Source of the DNA: Flavobacteriales bacterium
GTDB lineage: Bacteria; Bacteroidota; Bacteroidia; Flavobacteriales_C; GCA-002722245
Reading direction: 5' to 3'
NCBI GenBank assembly: GCA_002722245.1
Contig: PBLA01000001.1
Coordinates: 22,292 to 86,291, forward strand
DNA: 64,000 bases
Shown here in pieces: positions 1-9,424 of the stretch. Made by a program: the position numbers and the translations under genes. Every line of letters begins with the position of its first letter. The stretch's first letter is position 1. Below the pieces are notes generated by a model, which was given only the letters and a program-made list of their open reading frames with translations, made no database searches and was not told the origin of the DNA.

Positions 1-172
1 CGAGAAAACCGATTAGAAAGAGTGTCCAAAACCAACTTGTGAAAATAAAACTGGCAATAATCAGAAGGGCGCAAGGAACACCATAAAGCCATTCTTTTTT
101 CACCAATGATATTGTGGCAACGGATATGTACTTTTTCTTTTCGAGCTCGTATCTTTTTGTGATTACTTTCAT
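1..172 (-). CDS. hypothetical membrane protein, N-terminal fragment (gene runs off the window start)
   Basis: ATG at 172-170 (minus) opens a frame with no stop down to position 1: MKVITKRYELEKKKYISVATISLVKKEWLYGVPCALLIIASFIFTSWFWTLFLIGFL. The hydrophobic stretch suggests a TM helix. No family recognised. Confidence 0.3.
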   Translation of the reverse strand, partial: MKVITKRYELEKKKYISVATISLVKKEWLYGVPCALLIIASFIFTSWFWTLFLIGFL

Positions 173-406
173 ACAAGAAAAATTTCGTGCAAAGATACAA
201 TATTTATAGGCAGTAATGGTAGTTAATGAATGGGTTTACTTATAAACAATGTTAAATTATATTACTCAACAGATGTTTTGCCCGATTATTGATCAGATAG
301 CTTGAACTATTCGGTAAAATGATTGTTTCTCTCTTAGTCATAGACTAAACCAATAAATTTGTAAGAATTATTGATGTTTGGCCGCATTGTTTTACGTTGT
401 ATTTTT

Positions 407-414
407 TAGTTTTG
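407..414 (+). promoter_or_regulatory. Bacteroidetes -7 promoter box TAGTTTTG, 4 nt upstream of ATG 419
   Basis: Exact match to TAnnTTTG. The gap to the start codon is only 4 nt (415-418). Confidence 0.45.
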
Positions 415-418
415 AAAT

Positions 419-1309
419 ATGTTACTTGATAAACGAATACCCTTAAGTTATATAGTTAAAAAGGTTAAAATGGAAATTTTGGTGGTATTGCTATTTACTA
501 CTGCTATTATTTTCGCCAAACAGTATTTACATATACCATTTGAATTACCACCTACGATACCTGCAGGTTTAGGTACTGCTATATCGCTTGTTCTTGCTTT
601 TAAACTTAATCAATCCTATGACCGATGGTGGGAGGCTAGGAAGATTTGGGGAGCTATCGTAAATGACTCTCGTTCTTTAAGTATTCAATTTATCAATTTT
701 ACACTGGATCAATCTCGACACGAAATTAGAGATTGTATTTATCGTCAGATTGGTTGGTGTTATGCGCTTTCTAATGCATTAAGAAAAACAGGTGACTATT
801 CCAGATCAGCATCTTTTTTATCCAAAGAAGAATATGCTGCTGTTAAAAGTTCTTCTAACGCACCTCTTTTGATAGCGAGCTTTATTTCATCGGATATTCG
901 AACATTATTTAAAGATGGGCAGTTAAATCAATTTCAACAGGTTCAAATGGATGATACCATGGTGCGCTTAGTAGCCTCAATGGGTAAGGCGGAACGTATT
1001 AAGAATACTGTTTTTCCAAAAACATACCGAATGTTTTTAACGTTTTTTGTGTACATATTCCTTTTAACATTGGCCATTTCATTATCAGATCTTCATCCTG
1101 CTTTTGAAATTCCTTTATTAGTTACAATTGCCTTGCCTTTTTTCTTATTAACGAAAACGTCTGTTGCGATTCAAGACCCTTTTGAGGACTTACCAACTGA
1201 TACATCAATGCTTGCTATTTCCGAGACAATTGAAACAAACTTAAAGGAGTTAATACAAGATCAATCTCCTGTTGTGAAGGAATCTGATCGAGAGTTTTAC
1301 TATATGTAA
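419..1309 (+). CDS. bestrophin-family (UPF0187/YneE-like) anion channel homologue
   Basis: About 4 TM segments plus the signature 'LNQSYDRWWEARKIWGAIVNDSRS' typical of bacterial bestrophin homologues. Size of about 296 aa fits. Confidence 0.75.
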   Translation: MLLDKRIPLSYIVKKVKMEILVVLLFTTAIIFAKQYLHIPFELPPTIPAGLGTAISLVLAFKLNQSYDRWWEARKIWGAIVNDSRSLSIQFINFTLDQSRHEIRDCIYRQIGWCYALSNALRKTGDYSRSASFLSKEEYAAVKSSSNAPLLIASFISSDIRTLFKDGQLNQFQQVQMDDTMVRLVASMGKAERIKNTVFPKTYRMFLTFFVYIFLLTLAISLSDLHPAFEIPLLVTIALPFFLLTKTSVAIQDPFEDLPTDTSMLAISETIETNLKELIQDQSPVVKESDREFYYM

Positions 1310-1318
1310 ACGGGTATT

Positions 1319-1891
1319 TTGAGCAAAACACATTATTACTTTAAACTTAATAAACCACCTAAAGTACTTAGTCAGTTTGTTCGTGTGCAAAAACGTAAGA
1401 AGCGTCTTTTAGGGGAATTATATGATTTTCCTGAGCACACGATGTCTGTTGGGCGTTTAGACGAGAATTCAGAGGGCTTATTATTGCTCACAACCAATGG
1501 AAGAGAAAGTGATCGGATTTGTAGATCGGGTGTGGAAAAAGAATATTATGTTCAGGTTGATGGATGTATTACCCATGAAGCGATTCTCCAATTACAACAA
1601 GGAGTAGAGATTGGTGTAAATGGTGAAAAATATCTCACTAAACCCTCTAAAGTATTCGTGCTTGACAAGACTCCGTACAATGAGCCTGGGTATAGGATTA
1701 GAGATGATAGACATGGTCCAACATCTTGGGTGTCCATTACGATAAAGGAAGGGAAATTTCGTCAGGTACGAAAAATGACTGCAGCGGTTGGTTTTCCAAC
1801 ATTGCGTTTAGTTCGTTGGCGAATTGGAAACATTACTTTAGAAGGCATGAAATCAGGTGAAGTCGTAGCGTTAAATTTTTTTGACGCCTAA
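1319..1891 (+). CDS. pseudouridine synthase, RsuA/RluE family (no S4 domain)
   Basis: Catalytic motif 'VGRLDENSEGLLLLTTNG' (GRLD..S.GLLLLT.D/N). 'KFRQVRKM' is near the C-terminus. TTG start 10 nt after the upstream stop. Confidence 0.85.
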   Translation: MSKTHYYFKLNKPPKVLSQFVRVQKRKKRLLGELYDFPEHTMSVGRLDENSEGLLLLTTNGRESDRICRSGVEKEYYVQVDGCITHEAILQLQQGVEIGVNGEKYLTKPSKVFVLDKTPYNEPGYRIRDDRHGPTSWVSITIKEGKFRQVRKMTAAVGFPTLRLVRWRIGNITLEGMKSGEVVALNFFDA

Positions 1892-1963
1892 ACTGTATCT
1901 TTTTAAAATCTACTGCATTATACTAGTGGTTGAGTAAACCAACTGCCTTATATACATAAAGAT

Positions 1964-1995
1964 AAAGCGCCCTTCGTCCGGGGCGCTTTTTTATT
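1964..1995 (+). terminator. rho-independent terminator
   Basis: Stem GCGCCC (1967-1972) pairs with GGGCGC (1981-1986), 8-nt loop, followed by TTTTTTATTTTT. Confidence 0.8.
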
Positions 1996-2079
1996 TTTAT
2001 CTCTGATTTTTTAGTGAGTGTGCTTTAAAAAGACATTTGAATACTTCAAATACGGATATAATGGATGCCTTAAACATTG

Positions 2080-2087
2080 TATATTTG
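2080..2087 (+). promoter_or_regulatory. -7 promoter box TATATTTG for valS
   Basis: Exact TAnnTTTG 17 nt upstream of ATG 2105. It lies inside the ORF-track N-terminal extension (2018-2104). Confidence 0.5.
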
Positions 2088-2104
2088 CATCAAATTTTGA
2101 AGTT

Positions 2105-4729
2105 ATGAGCAGTTTAGCAAAAACCTATGATCCGTCGAAAGTAGAGGAGAAATGGTATGACTACTGGATGAAGAATGATTTGTTTAGTAGCAAGCCTGAT
2201 GAAAGAGAGGCTTATACTATTGTTATACCTCCGCCGAACGTGACAGGTCAATTGCATTTAGGCCATACATTAAATAATACACTCCAAGATGCGTTGATTC
2301 GCAAGGCAAGATTGGAAGGTAAAAATGCATGTTGGGTTCCCGGAACCGATCATGCATCCATTGCTACTGAAAATAAAGTTTTGGACTTGTTAGCCGAGCA
2401 AGGAATTAAAAAAGAAGACCTTACACGAGATGAGTTTTTAAAGCACGCTTGGGATTGGACGGATAAATACGGAGGAATCATTTTAAAGCAGTTGAGAAAA
2501 CTAGGCGCTTCATGTGACTGGGATAGAACCGCTTTTACGATGGATAAGAATTTACACGATTCCGTTATCAAAGTTTTTGTTGATTTATTCAATAAGGGAT
2601 ACATCTATCGTGGAGCTAGAATGGTGAATTGGGATCCAATGCGTAAAACGGCACTTTCTGATGAAGAAGTTTATCATACTGAAGAAAATTCAAGATTATT
2701 TCACATTAAATATCAAATTGCAGGAAGTGATGAGTTTTTAACCATCGCTACAACACGGCCTGAAACTTTATTGGGAGATACGGCAATTTGTGTAAACCCT
2801 AATGATGAAAGATATACTCACCTAAAAGGTGCTAAAGCAATTGTACCTCTTGTGAACCGAGAAATTCCTGTGATTTTTGACGAGTATGTTGATATGGAAT
2901 TTGGTACAGGTGCTTTAAAGGTAACACCAGCACACGATATTAATGACTACAACTTAGGTGCAAAACATGATTTGGAGTCTATTGAAATTTTAAATGATGA
3001 CGGCACTTTAAATGAATCGGCTCAATTATATGTTGGCGTTGATCGTTTTGAAGCGAGAAAGAAAATCGCGAAAGAATTAGAAGAAAAAGGACAGCTGGAT
3101 AAGATTGAGGATATTCGAAATAAAGTAGCGCGTTCGGAAAGATCTAAAGTTGTTATTGAGCCTAAGCTATCTACGCAATGGTTCTGTAAAATGGAAGAGA
3201 TTGCCAAGCCTGCTTTAGATCAGGTTTTAGATAATACCATTGAGTTTTTCCCAAAGAATGCTGTAAATACCTACAAGCATTGGTTAGAGAATATTAACGA
3301 TTGGTGTATTTCCCGTCAGTTGTGGTGGGGACAACAAATTCCGGCTTATTTCTACGGAAAAGGTCAGAATGATTTTGTTGTTGCTGAAACAGCTGAAGAG
3401 GCATTAAAGTTAGCTCAAGATAAAACAGGGAAATCTGATTTAAAAGCTGAGGACCTAAGTCAAGAGACTGATGTGGTGGATACTTGGTTCTCATCGTGGT
3501 TATGGCCAATGTCTGTTTTTAACGGAGTTTTAGAGCCAGACAATGAAGAGTTTAATTACTACTACCCCACAAATGTGTGTGTCACTGGTCAAGATATAAT
3601 CTTCTTCTGGATTGCCAGAATGATTATGGCTGGATTAGAATATAAAAATCAGTTCCCATTTAAAGATGTTTACTTCACTGGTTTAGTGCGTGATGAGAAG
3701 CGTAGAAAAATGAGTAAGAGTTTAGGAAACTCGCCAGACTTATTTGAAACCTTTGAAAAGTATTCAGCAGACGGTGTTCGGTTAGGGGTGTTGTTATGTG
3801 CTCCTGCTGGGAATGACTTGTTATACAGTCATGATTTAAGTAAGCAGGGTAGAAATTTTGCGAATAAGGTTTGGAATGCTTTACGATTAGTTGATGGTTG
3901 GAAAATAGATGAATCTTTGGAGCAACCTGAATTAAAGCCTGCAATAGAATGGTTTGATGCTAAACTAAGAGCTGCTGTGGTTAAGGTGAATGATTCATAC
4001 TCGAAGTATAGATTATCAGAGGCTGCAATGGAAATCTATAAATTGATTTGGGATGATTTTTGTTCTTGGTATTTAGAAATGATTAAGCCAGGGTTTGAGC
4101 AGCCAATTTCGAGAGAAATTTATGATGCCACCATGAACTTTTTTGATGAATTAATGGTTTTATTGCACCCAATGATGCCCTTCATTACAGAAGAGGTTTG
4201 GCAGAATGTAAAAGAAAGAAAAGAGGGTGCGTCTATTATGACTGCCTCTTGGCCTTCTGCTGAAGGTGAGAATGAAGAACTTATTTCTTTTGGTGAGAAA
4301 ATGCAAGAGTTAGTTTCGGGAATCAGAAACTTACGAAGTCAGCAAGGAATGAGTCCTAAAGATGCTATTGACGTTTTTATTTCATCTTCTGATAAAGGAT
4401 ATGAAACCTATAAGGGGTTAATTGCTAAGTTGGCTAATGTATCCAAGTTAGAATACACTTCGGAAAGTATTTCTGGAGCGAAGTCGTTCATTATTGGAAC
4501 GGATGAAATTTTCATTCCAGTTGAAATCGATACTGAAAAAGAGAAAGCTGAAATGCAAAAAGAGCTTGATCGTCAGAAAGGTTTCTTAAAAGGAGTAGAG
4601 AAGAAGTTAAGTAACGAAAGATTTGTGAACAATGCTCCTGAGGCAGTTGTTGCTTCGGAAAAGAAAAAACAAGCTGATGCGATTGCTAGAATTGAGATTT
4701 TGCAGAAGTCTTTAGCGGAGTTGAGTTAA
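2105..4729 (+). CDS. valS: valine--tRNA ligase
   Basis: Class I signatures 'PPPNVTGQLHLGH' (HIGH) and 'KMSKSLGN' (KMSKS), plus a C-terminal coiled coil. Start moved to 'MSSLAKTYDPSKVEEKWY' (874 aa) because the promoter box lies at 2080-2087. Confidence 0.97.
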   Translation: MSSLAKTYDPSKVEEKWYDYWMKNDLFSSKPDEREAYTIVIPPPNVTGQLHLGHTLNNTLQDALIRKARLEGKNACWVPGTDHASIATENKVLDLLAEQGIKKEDLTRDEFLKHAWDWTDKYGGIILKQLRKLGASCDWDRTAFTMDKNLHDSVIKVFVDLFNKGYIYRGARMVNWDPMRKTALSDEEVYHTEENSRLFHIKYQIAGSDEFLTIATTRPETLLGDTAICVNPNDERYTHLKGAKAIVPLVNREIPVIFDEYVDMEFGTGALKVTPAHDINDYNLGAKHDLESIEILNDDGTLNESAQLYVGVDRFEARKKIAKELEEKGQLDKIEDIRNKVARSERSKVVIEPKLSTQWFCKMEEIAKPALDQVLDNTIEFFPKNAVNTYKHWLENINDWCISRQLWWGQQIPAYFYGKGQNDFVVAETAEEALKLAQDKTGKSDLKAEDLSQETDVVDTWFSSWLWPMSVFNGVLEPDNEEFNYYYPTNVCVTGQDIIFFWIARMIMAGLEYKNQFPFKDVYFTGLVRDEKRRKMSKSLGNSPDLFETFEKYSADGVRLGVLLCAPAGNDLLYSHDLSKQGRNFANKVWNALRLVDGWKIDESLEQPELKPAIEWFDAKLRAAVVKVNDSYSKYRLSEAAMEIYKLIWDDFCSWYLEMIKPGFEQPISREIYDATMNFFDELMVLLHPMMPFITEEVWQNVKERKEGASIMTASWPSAEGENEELISFGEKMQELVSGIRNLRSQQGMSPKDAIDVFISSSDKGYETYKGLIAKLANVSKLEYTSESISGAKSFIIGTDEIFIPVEIDTEKEKAEMQKELDRQKGFLKGVEKKLSNERFVNNAPEAVVASEKKKQADAIARIEILQKSLAELS

Positions 4730-4749
4730 GTTGTTAAATCGTTAGAGGT

Positions 4750-5706
4750 GTGCCTATTTATAATTTTCCATACCGCTTAAAGTTTAAAACTCCCTTTAAA
4801 ATCGCATCGGTAGAGCGAACAGGGACAGATAACTTATATCTTAAGTTTACAAAAGACGGTTTTGTAGGTTGGGGAGAGGCCGTTTTTCCACCCTACATTG
4901 AGGAAAATCAGCAAACAGCAATTACACGTTTGGCTGATTTGAATTGGGGGTTTTTGGATGAAGCTGAATTGTTTCGATTAATTCAACAGAACCAAATTAT
5001 TTTAAAACAGGAACCATCCTTAGCTTGTGCTATGGAATGTTGTTTATTGAACTGGTTGGCGGCATTTAAAAAAATAGGGCTTCACGCGCTCTTGGGATTA
5101 AATGAAGTAAAAAAAGAAACCTCATATACGATTGGTATAAGTTCGGATCAAGCGATGGAGGAAAAGGTGGTTAATACGCCTGAAGCGACTTATTTTAAGT
5201 TAAAGGTTAATGAAAACGAAATAGAAAGAATTGTTAATACCTATGTTTCTCTTACCTCTAAACCTTTTGTTGTAGATGCTAACCAGGGTTTTTCTAATCG
5301 TGAAAAGGCGTTGTATTGGGCTTCTGAATTAGATAAAATGGGTGTTGCTTATTTTGAACAACCGTTTGATAAAGAGGATTTTGAATCGCATGAGTGGCTC
5401 AAAAATCATGTAAACATTCCCATTATTGCGGATGAGTCTTTTCAACGCATTACTGATCTTGAAAAAGCATTTAAATCCTTCGATGGGATTAATGTTAAAA
5501 TAATAAAAACGGGTGGTGTGTTGGAGGCTAAAAGGTGTTTGCTACAAGCAAAAAAATTAAAGATGATAACGGTTTTAGGCTGTATGTCTGGTTCGTCTAC
5601 TTCTATTCAGTCTGCATCTGCATTACGTGATTTGGCGGATTTTGTGGATTTGGATGGTGTGTATTTAATTGAAAATGACCCTGATTTGAATAAAATGGGA
5701 ATGTAA
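4750..5706 (+). CDS. dipeptide epimerase (L-Ala-D/L-Glu epimerase-like), enolase superfamily
   Basis: MLE-subgroup catalytic pattern: 'YFKLKV' (KxK), 'VDANQGF', 'FEQP', 'IIADES', 'NVKIIKTGG'. GTG start 20 nt after valS. Confidence 0.75.
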   Translation: MPIYNFPYRLKFKTPFKIASVERTGTDNLYLKFTKDGFVGWGEAVFPPYIEENQQTAITRLADLNWGFLDEAELFRLIQQNQIILKQEPSLACAMECCLLNWLAAFKKIGLHALLGLNEVKKETSYTIGISSDQAMEEKVVNTPEATYFKLKVNENEIERIVNTYVSLTSKPFVVDANQGFSNREKALYWASELDKMGVAYFEQPFDKEDFESHEWLKNHVNIPIIADESFQRITDLEKAFKSFDGINVKIIKTGGVLEAKRCLLQAKKLKMITVLGCMSGSSTSIQSASALRDLADFVDLDGVYLIENDPDLNKMGM

Positions 5707-5804
5707 AATACCATTCTTGGCTATTTATTTATGTATACGTATTATTTTGAGCCAATTGTCAAATTTTTGACGATTAATTTACTGAAGGAGTGTATTTTTA
5801 GGGT

Positions 5805-7049
5805 ATGAACAGAGTCGCATTATTTCTTACCGTAATTTCTTTAATTGGACTGGCTTTTGACGTTTACTTTTATCATGGGGTAAAAAGTGTTTTTAATACT
5901 GGAAAGTATTCAAGTTATTTTAAATACGGTTATTGGACGGTAAGTTATTGTTATTACCTCTATTCTGTTATTACAATTACCTTATTGTTATTTGGTTATG
6001 AGGCGGGAAGGTTTGGTAAAATACTTGGCCAGGTATTTTTTTTCCTTTTATTTCTTCCTAAGGTGCTTTCCTCTGTGTTTTTAATTTTTGATGATATTAT
6101 TCGTTTAGTTCGGTTTTTAATTGGAAGTTTCTTTTCTAAGGATGTGTCTGGACGTACGGCAGAATCAGGAATAAGTAGGTTACGTTTTTTACAATTGTCT
6201 GCATTAGGTTCATTTGGATTGTTATTAAGTTCTCTAACTTATGGTGTGATAAAAGGTGGATATAATTACACCGTTCAGAAGTTGAAAATTAAAATCCCGA
6301 ATCTCCCAAAGGAGTTTGAAGGAATGAAAATTGCGCAGGTTTCAGATTTACATGTGGGAAGTTTTATGAGCTTGGAACCCATGAAAGAGGCGGTTAATTT
6401 GATTAATGAACAAGATGTTGATATGCTTTTTTTTACGGGTGATTTGGTAAATGATAAGGCAGAGGAGGCTTTAGATTTTATTGATGTATTCAAAAATATT
6501 AAACACAAGGTTTATTCTGTTTTAGGTAATCATGATTATCCTGAGTATATATACGCTAGGGATGATCACGCTTCCAGAAAGCATAACTTTGATTTAATGG
6601 TGGATATTCATAAAAAAATGAATTTTGATTTGCTTTTAAATGAGCATCGTATAGTTGAGCGAAACGGGAAGAAGATGGCCATTATTGGTATTGAAAATTG
6701 GGGAAGTAGTTTCTCTAAATATGGTGATATGAAAAAAGCTTATGAAGGTACGCAAGAGGCTGATATGAAATTGTTGCTTTCTCATGATCCAAGCCACTGG
6801 GATTTGCAGGTGCGACCTGACTACTCGGATGTAGCTGTTACATTCTCTGGCCATACACATGGTATGCAATTTGGTGTTGAAGCTTTTGGGGTTAAGTTTA
6901 GTCCTGCTCAGTGGGTGTATAAACAATGGGCTGGGTTATACAAAGAAGGTCCTCAGCAACTTTATGTGAATAGGGGATTAGGTTTTATTGGTTATCCCGG
7001 AAGGGTGGGTATAAGCCCTGAAATTACGGTTTTTGAACTTACTTCCTAA
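5805..7049 (+). CDS. membrane-anchored metallophosphoesterase (calcineurin-like)
   Basis: N-terminal TM helices, then phosphoesterase motifs 'VSDLHVG', 'TGDLVND', 'GNHDY', 'SGHTHG'. A near-consensus box TATTTTTA (5793-5800) lies 4 nt upstream of the ATG. Confidence 0.85.
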   Translation: MNRVALFLTVISLIGLAFDVYFYHGVKSVFNTGKYSSYFKYGYWTVSYCYYLYSVITITLLLFGYEAGRFGKILGQVFFFLLFLPKVLSSVFLIFDDIIRLVRFLIGSFFSKDVSGRTAESGISRLRFLQLSALGSFGLLLSSLTYGVIKGGYNYTVQKLKIKIPNLPKEFEGMKIAQVSDLHVGSFMSLEPMKEAVNLINEQDVDMLFFTGDLVNDKAEEALDFIDVFKNIKHKVYSVLGNHDYPEYIYARDDHASRKHNFDLMVDIHKKMNFDLLLNEHRIVERNGKKMAIIGIENWGSSFSKYGDMKKAYEGTQEADMKLLLSHDPSHWDLQVRPDYSDVAVTFSGHTHGMQFGVEAFGVKFSPAQWVYKQWAGLYKEGPQQLYVNRGLGFIGYPGRVGISPEITVFELTS

Positions 7050-7063
7050 TAGTAGAGGTTTCG

Positions 7064-7747
7064 TTAATGTGCTTGATCTCCGAGGTTAAAGGCATATTGA
7101 ATAATATTTGCCCCCATTTGAAGCGCTTTTGTTCGTGTTTCTTTGTCGTCATTATGTACTTCTTGATCTTCCCATCCATCCCCTAAATCAGATTCGTAGG
7201 TGTATAGTACAACAAGTTTACTTTCATGAAATAAGCCAAATGCTTGCGGTGGTTTATTGTCATGTTCATGAATTTTAGGTAGTCCATTTTGAAAATCAAA
7301 GGTTTGATGAAATATGGGATGTGCGTAAGGAAGTTCAATAAGTTTTTGGTTAGGAAATACTTTTTTTAGTTCTCTTCGAATAAATTTATCCATACCGTAA
7401 TTGTCATCAATATGAAGGAAACCTCCATTTGTAAGGTATTTTTTTAAATTATTGACATCATTTCCTGATAAAATGATATTGCCATGACCTGTAAGATGTA
7501 AAAAAGGATAGTTGAAAATTTCTTCACTCCCTACATGAACTTGCCCTGGTGTAGGATGAATGTCTGTTTTGAGTTGTTTGTTGCAAAATTTTATGAGATT
7601 GGGTACGGATGTGGGGTTGGCATACCAGTCACCGCCACCATTGTATTTTAAAACAGCTATTGAGTATGAAGAGGGTGCTGTAAAGGAATAGACTAAAATT
7701 CCTATACAGATTGAAAAAAATAACGCAATGAGGTGCTTAGTGTTCAT
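7064..7747 (-). CDS. DUF4159-like secreted protein
   Basis: N-terminal signal/anchor. 'LKYNGGGDWYANPTSVPNL' resembles the DUF4159 core. Its position next to rsmE is typical for Bacteroidetes. Assignment is from memory of the family. Confidence 0.5.
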   Translation of the reverse strand: MNTKHLIALFFSICIGILVYSFTAPSSYSIAVLKYNGGGDWYANPTSVPNLIKFCNKQLKTDIHPTPGQVHVGSEEIFNYPFLHLTGHGNIILSGNDVNNLKKYLTNGGFLHIDDNYGMDKFIRRELKKVFPNQKLIELPYAHPIFHQTFDFQNGLPKIHEHDNKPPQAFGLFHESKLVVLYTYESDLGDGWEDQEVHNDDKETRTKALQMGANIIQYAFNLGDQAH

Positions 7748-8432
7748 AGTTCATGTTGATGATTGTGCAGGCAACAATTCCGGCAGTTTCTGTTCTTAAA
7801 CGTGATTCGCCTAAACTAATTGGCTGAAAGCCATTTTTTAAGGCGAGTTGAATTTCTTCTTCTGAAAAATCTCCTTCTGGACCAATTAGGATTAGTGTTT
7901 CTTCTCGAAAACTAAGACTTTTTAGGTGCGTTTTTTGTCCTTCGGAACAATGTGCTACAAACTTATTTTTTATGTTGGATTTAACAATTTCATTTACCTC
8001 AGTTAAAGGGTTCAGTTTTGGGAAGTGAAAGTTCTTACTTTGCTTACAGGCAGAGGTGATAATCCTGTTGAGCCGTTCTTGTTTAATACTTTTTCGTTCA
8101 GAATGAAAGCTTAATAGCGGGGTGATTTGAGAAACGCCTATTTCAGTTACTTTCTCTAAAAAAAATTCGAATCGATCAATATTTTTAGTGGGAGCTATTG
8201 CTATGTGTAGGGGTGGTGTGATTTGAGTGAAATGCTTAGTGGATTGAACAGTGTAAAAACATTTTTTTGGACTGGCTTCAGTAATTAATGCAGAATGAAG
8301 ATCCCCATTTCCGTTAGTAATTAGTATTGTGTCGCCTTTTGATTTTCGAAGGACTCGAATACAGTGTTTGCTTTCTGATTCATTTAAATGTCCTGCGATA
8401 ATTTCAGAATTGCTTGCGGTAAAGACTTGCAT
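7737..8432 (-). CDS. rsmE: 16S rRNA (uracil1498-N3)-methyltransferase
   Basis: 'HCIRVLRKSKGDTI' PUA-like N-terminus and SPOUT C-terminus 'LIGPEGDFSEEE...LGESRLRTETAG'. Confidence 0.85.
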   Translation of the reverse strand: MQVFTASNSEIIAGHLNESESKHCIRVLRKSKGDTILITNGNGDLHSALITEASPKKCFYTVQSTKHFTQITPPLHIAIAPTKNIDRFEFFLEKVTEIGVSQITPLLSFHSERKSIKQERLNRIITSACKQSKNFHFPKLNPLTEVNEIVKSNIKNKFVAHCSEGQKTHLKSLSFREETLILIGPEGDFSEEEIQLALKNGFQPISLGESRLRTETAGIVACTIINMNYEH

Positions 8433-8466
8433 GGAATAAAATTAATCTTTTGCTTGAAATAGAGGG

Positions 8467-9315
8467 CTATTCTTGGTGATAGTTTTCGTAAGCTTTAGCC
8501 ATAATGGTGTATACTAATGGATATTTGTCAGCTAGGTAATCAAAAGATTGGGTCATTTTTTTCTTTCCAAACTCCCCTCCGGAAAACATCCAAAAGAAAA
8601 CATTGTAAATTTGCTTTTCATTAAAACCTTCTAATTCTTTAAATAAAATTTCTTTGTTTGAATTGATAATTGGTATGGATTCGAAATAAAATTTCTTGGT
8701 GTTTTTACCTGCAACTCTCATGTCGGTGTGTTGAGCGAAAAGTATAAATAATGAAATGTAAGTATTCCTTCCTACAAATTTGGGTCGAAAAATAGTTTGG
8801 ATATATCGCTTCGCTTCTTTTTTTAAGTTGACTTCCTCTACGAGCGAAGAGAAGAAAATTTCAAGTTCAATTCCACTTTTTGGAAATCGGTTTAGAAACG
8901 CACGTTTATAACTTAAATTGGTTTTATTATGAACCATATGTTTATAGGATTCACGCAAACGCGCACATTCCTCTTGAAGCACTTGCTTGTCAATATCTAA
9001 TAAGAAGTTCTCGGTGTATCGCTCTAATTTTTGGATTTCAAATTCCTTTAAAACTACGGGGTGGAAATACTTGTTTTTGACGCCAGCGATGAGTTTGAAT
9101 GTTCCCATTTTTGGTAATGGAAGAGAATAGTTTCCAAATTTATCGGTCACAGTTTGTGCAATAACCCTTTTCTTTTCATGTAATTGTATTTTAACATTGG
9201 GAATAGGGAAGCCTTGTTTACTCGTAATTTTACCATTGAGTTCAAAGGGCTCACTGGAGCTATAAAAAGCGAATCCAATTATACTTATTAGAACAAAATG
9301 TGTGAATTTCTTCAT
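8467..9315 (-). CDS. hypothetical secreted protein with N-terminal carboxypeptidase-regulatory-like beta domain
   Basis: Signal peptide, then 'LNGKITSKQGFPIPNVKIQLHEK...TDKFGNYSL' (CarboxypepD_reg-like pattern). The C-terminal helical part is unassigned. Confidence 0.4.
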   Translation of the reverse strand: MKKFTHFVLISIIGFAFYSSSEPFELNGKITSKQGFPIPNVKIQLHEKKRVIAQTVTDKFGNYSLPLPKMGTFKLIAGVKNKYFHPVVLKEFEIQKLERYTENFLLDIDKQVLQEECARLRESYKHMVHNKTNLSYKRAFLNRFPKSGIELEIFFSSLVEEVNLKKEAKRYIQTIFRPKFVGRNTYISLFILFAQHTDMRVAGKNTKKFYFESIPIINSNKEILFKELEGFNEKQIYNVFFWMFSGGEFGKKKMTQSFDYLADKYPLVYTIMAKAYENYHQE

Positions 9316-9424
9316 ACCCCCCTTACGGCGATGAAGATTTTTGGTTTTGTCTATATGTGATATGGATAAAAAAGGGTTGAGTTTTCTGTTTAGCTTTTCA
9401 GAAACTTAGTAACTTAAAAATTCT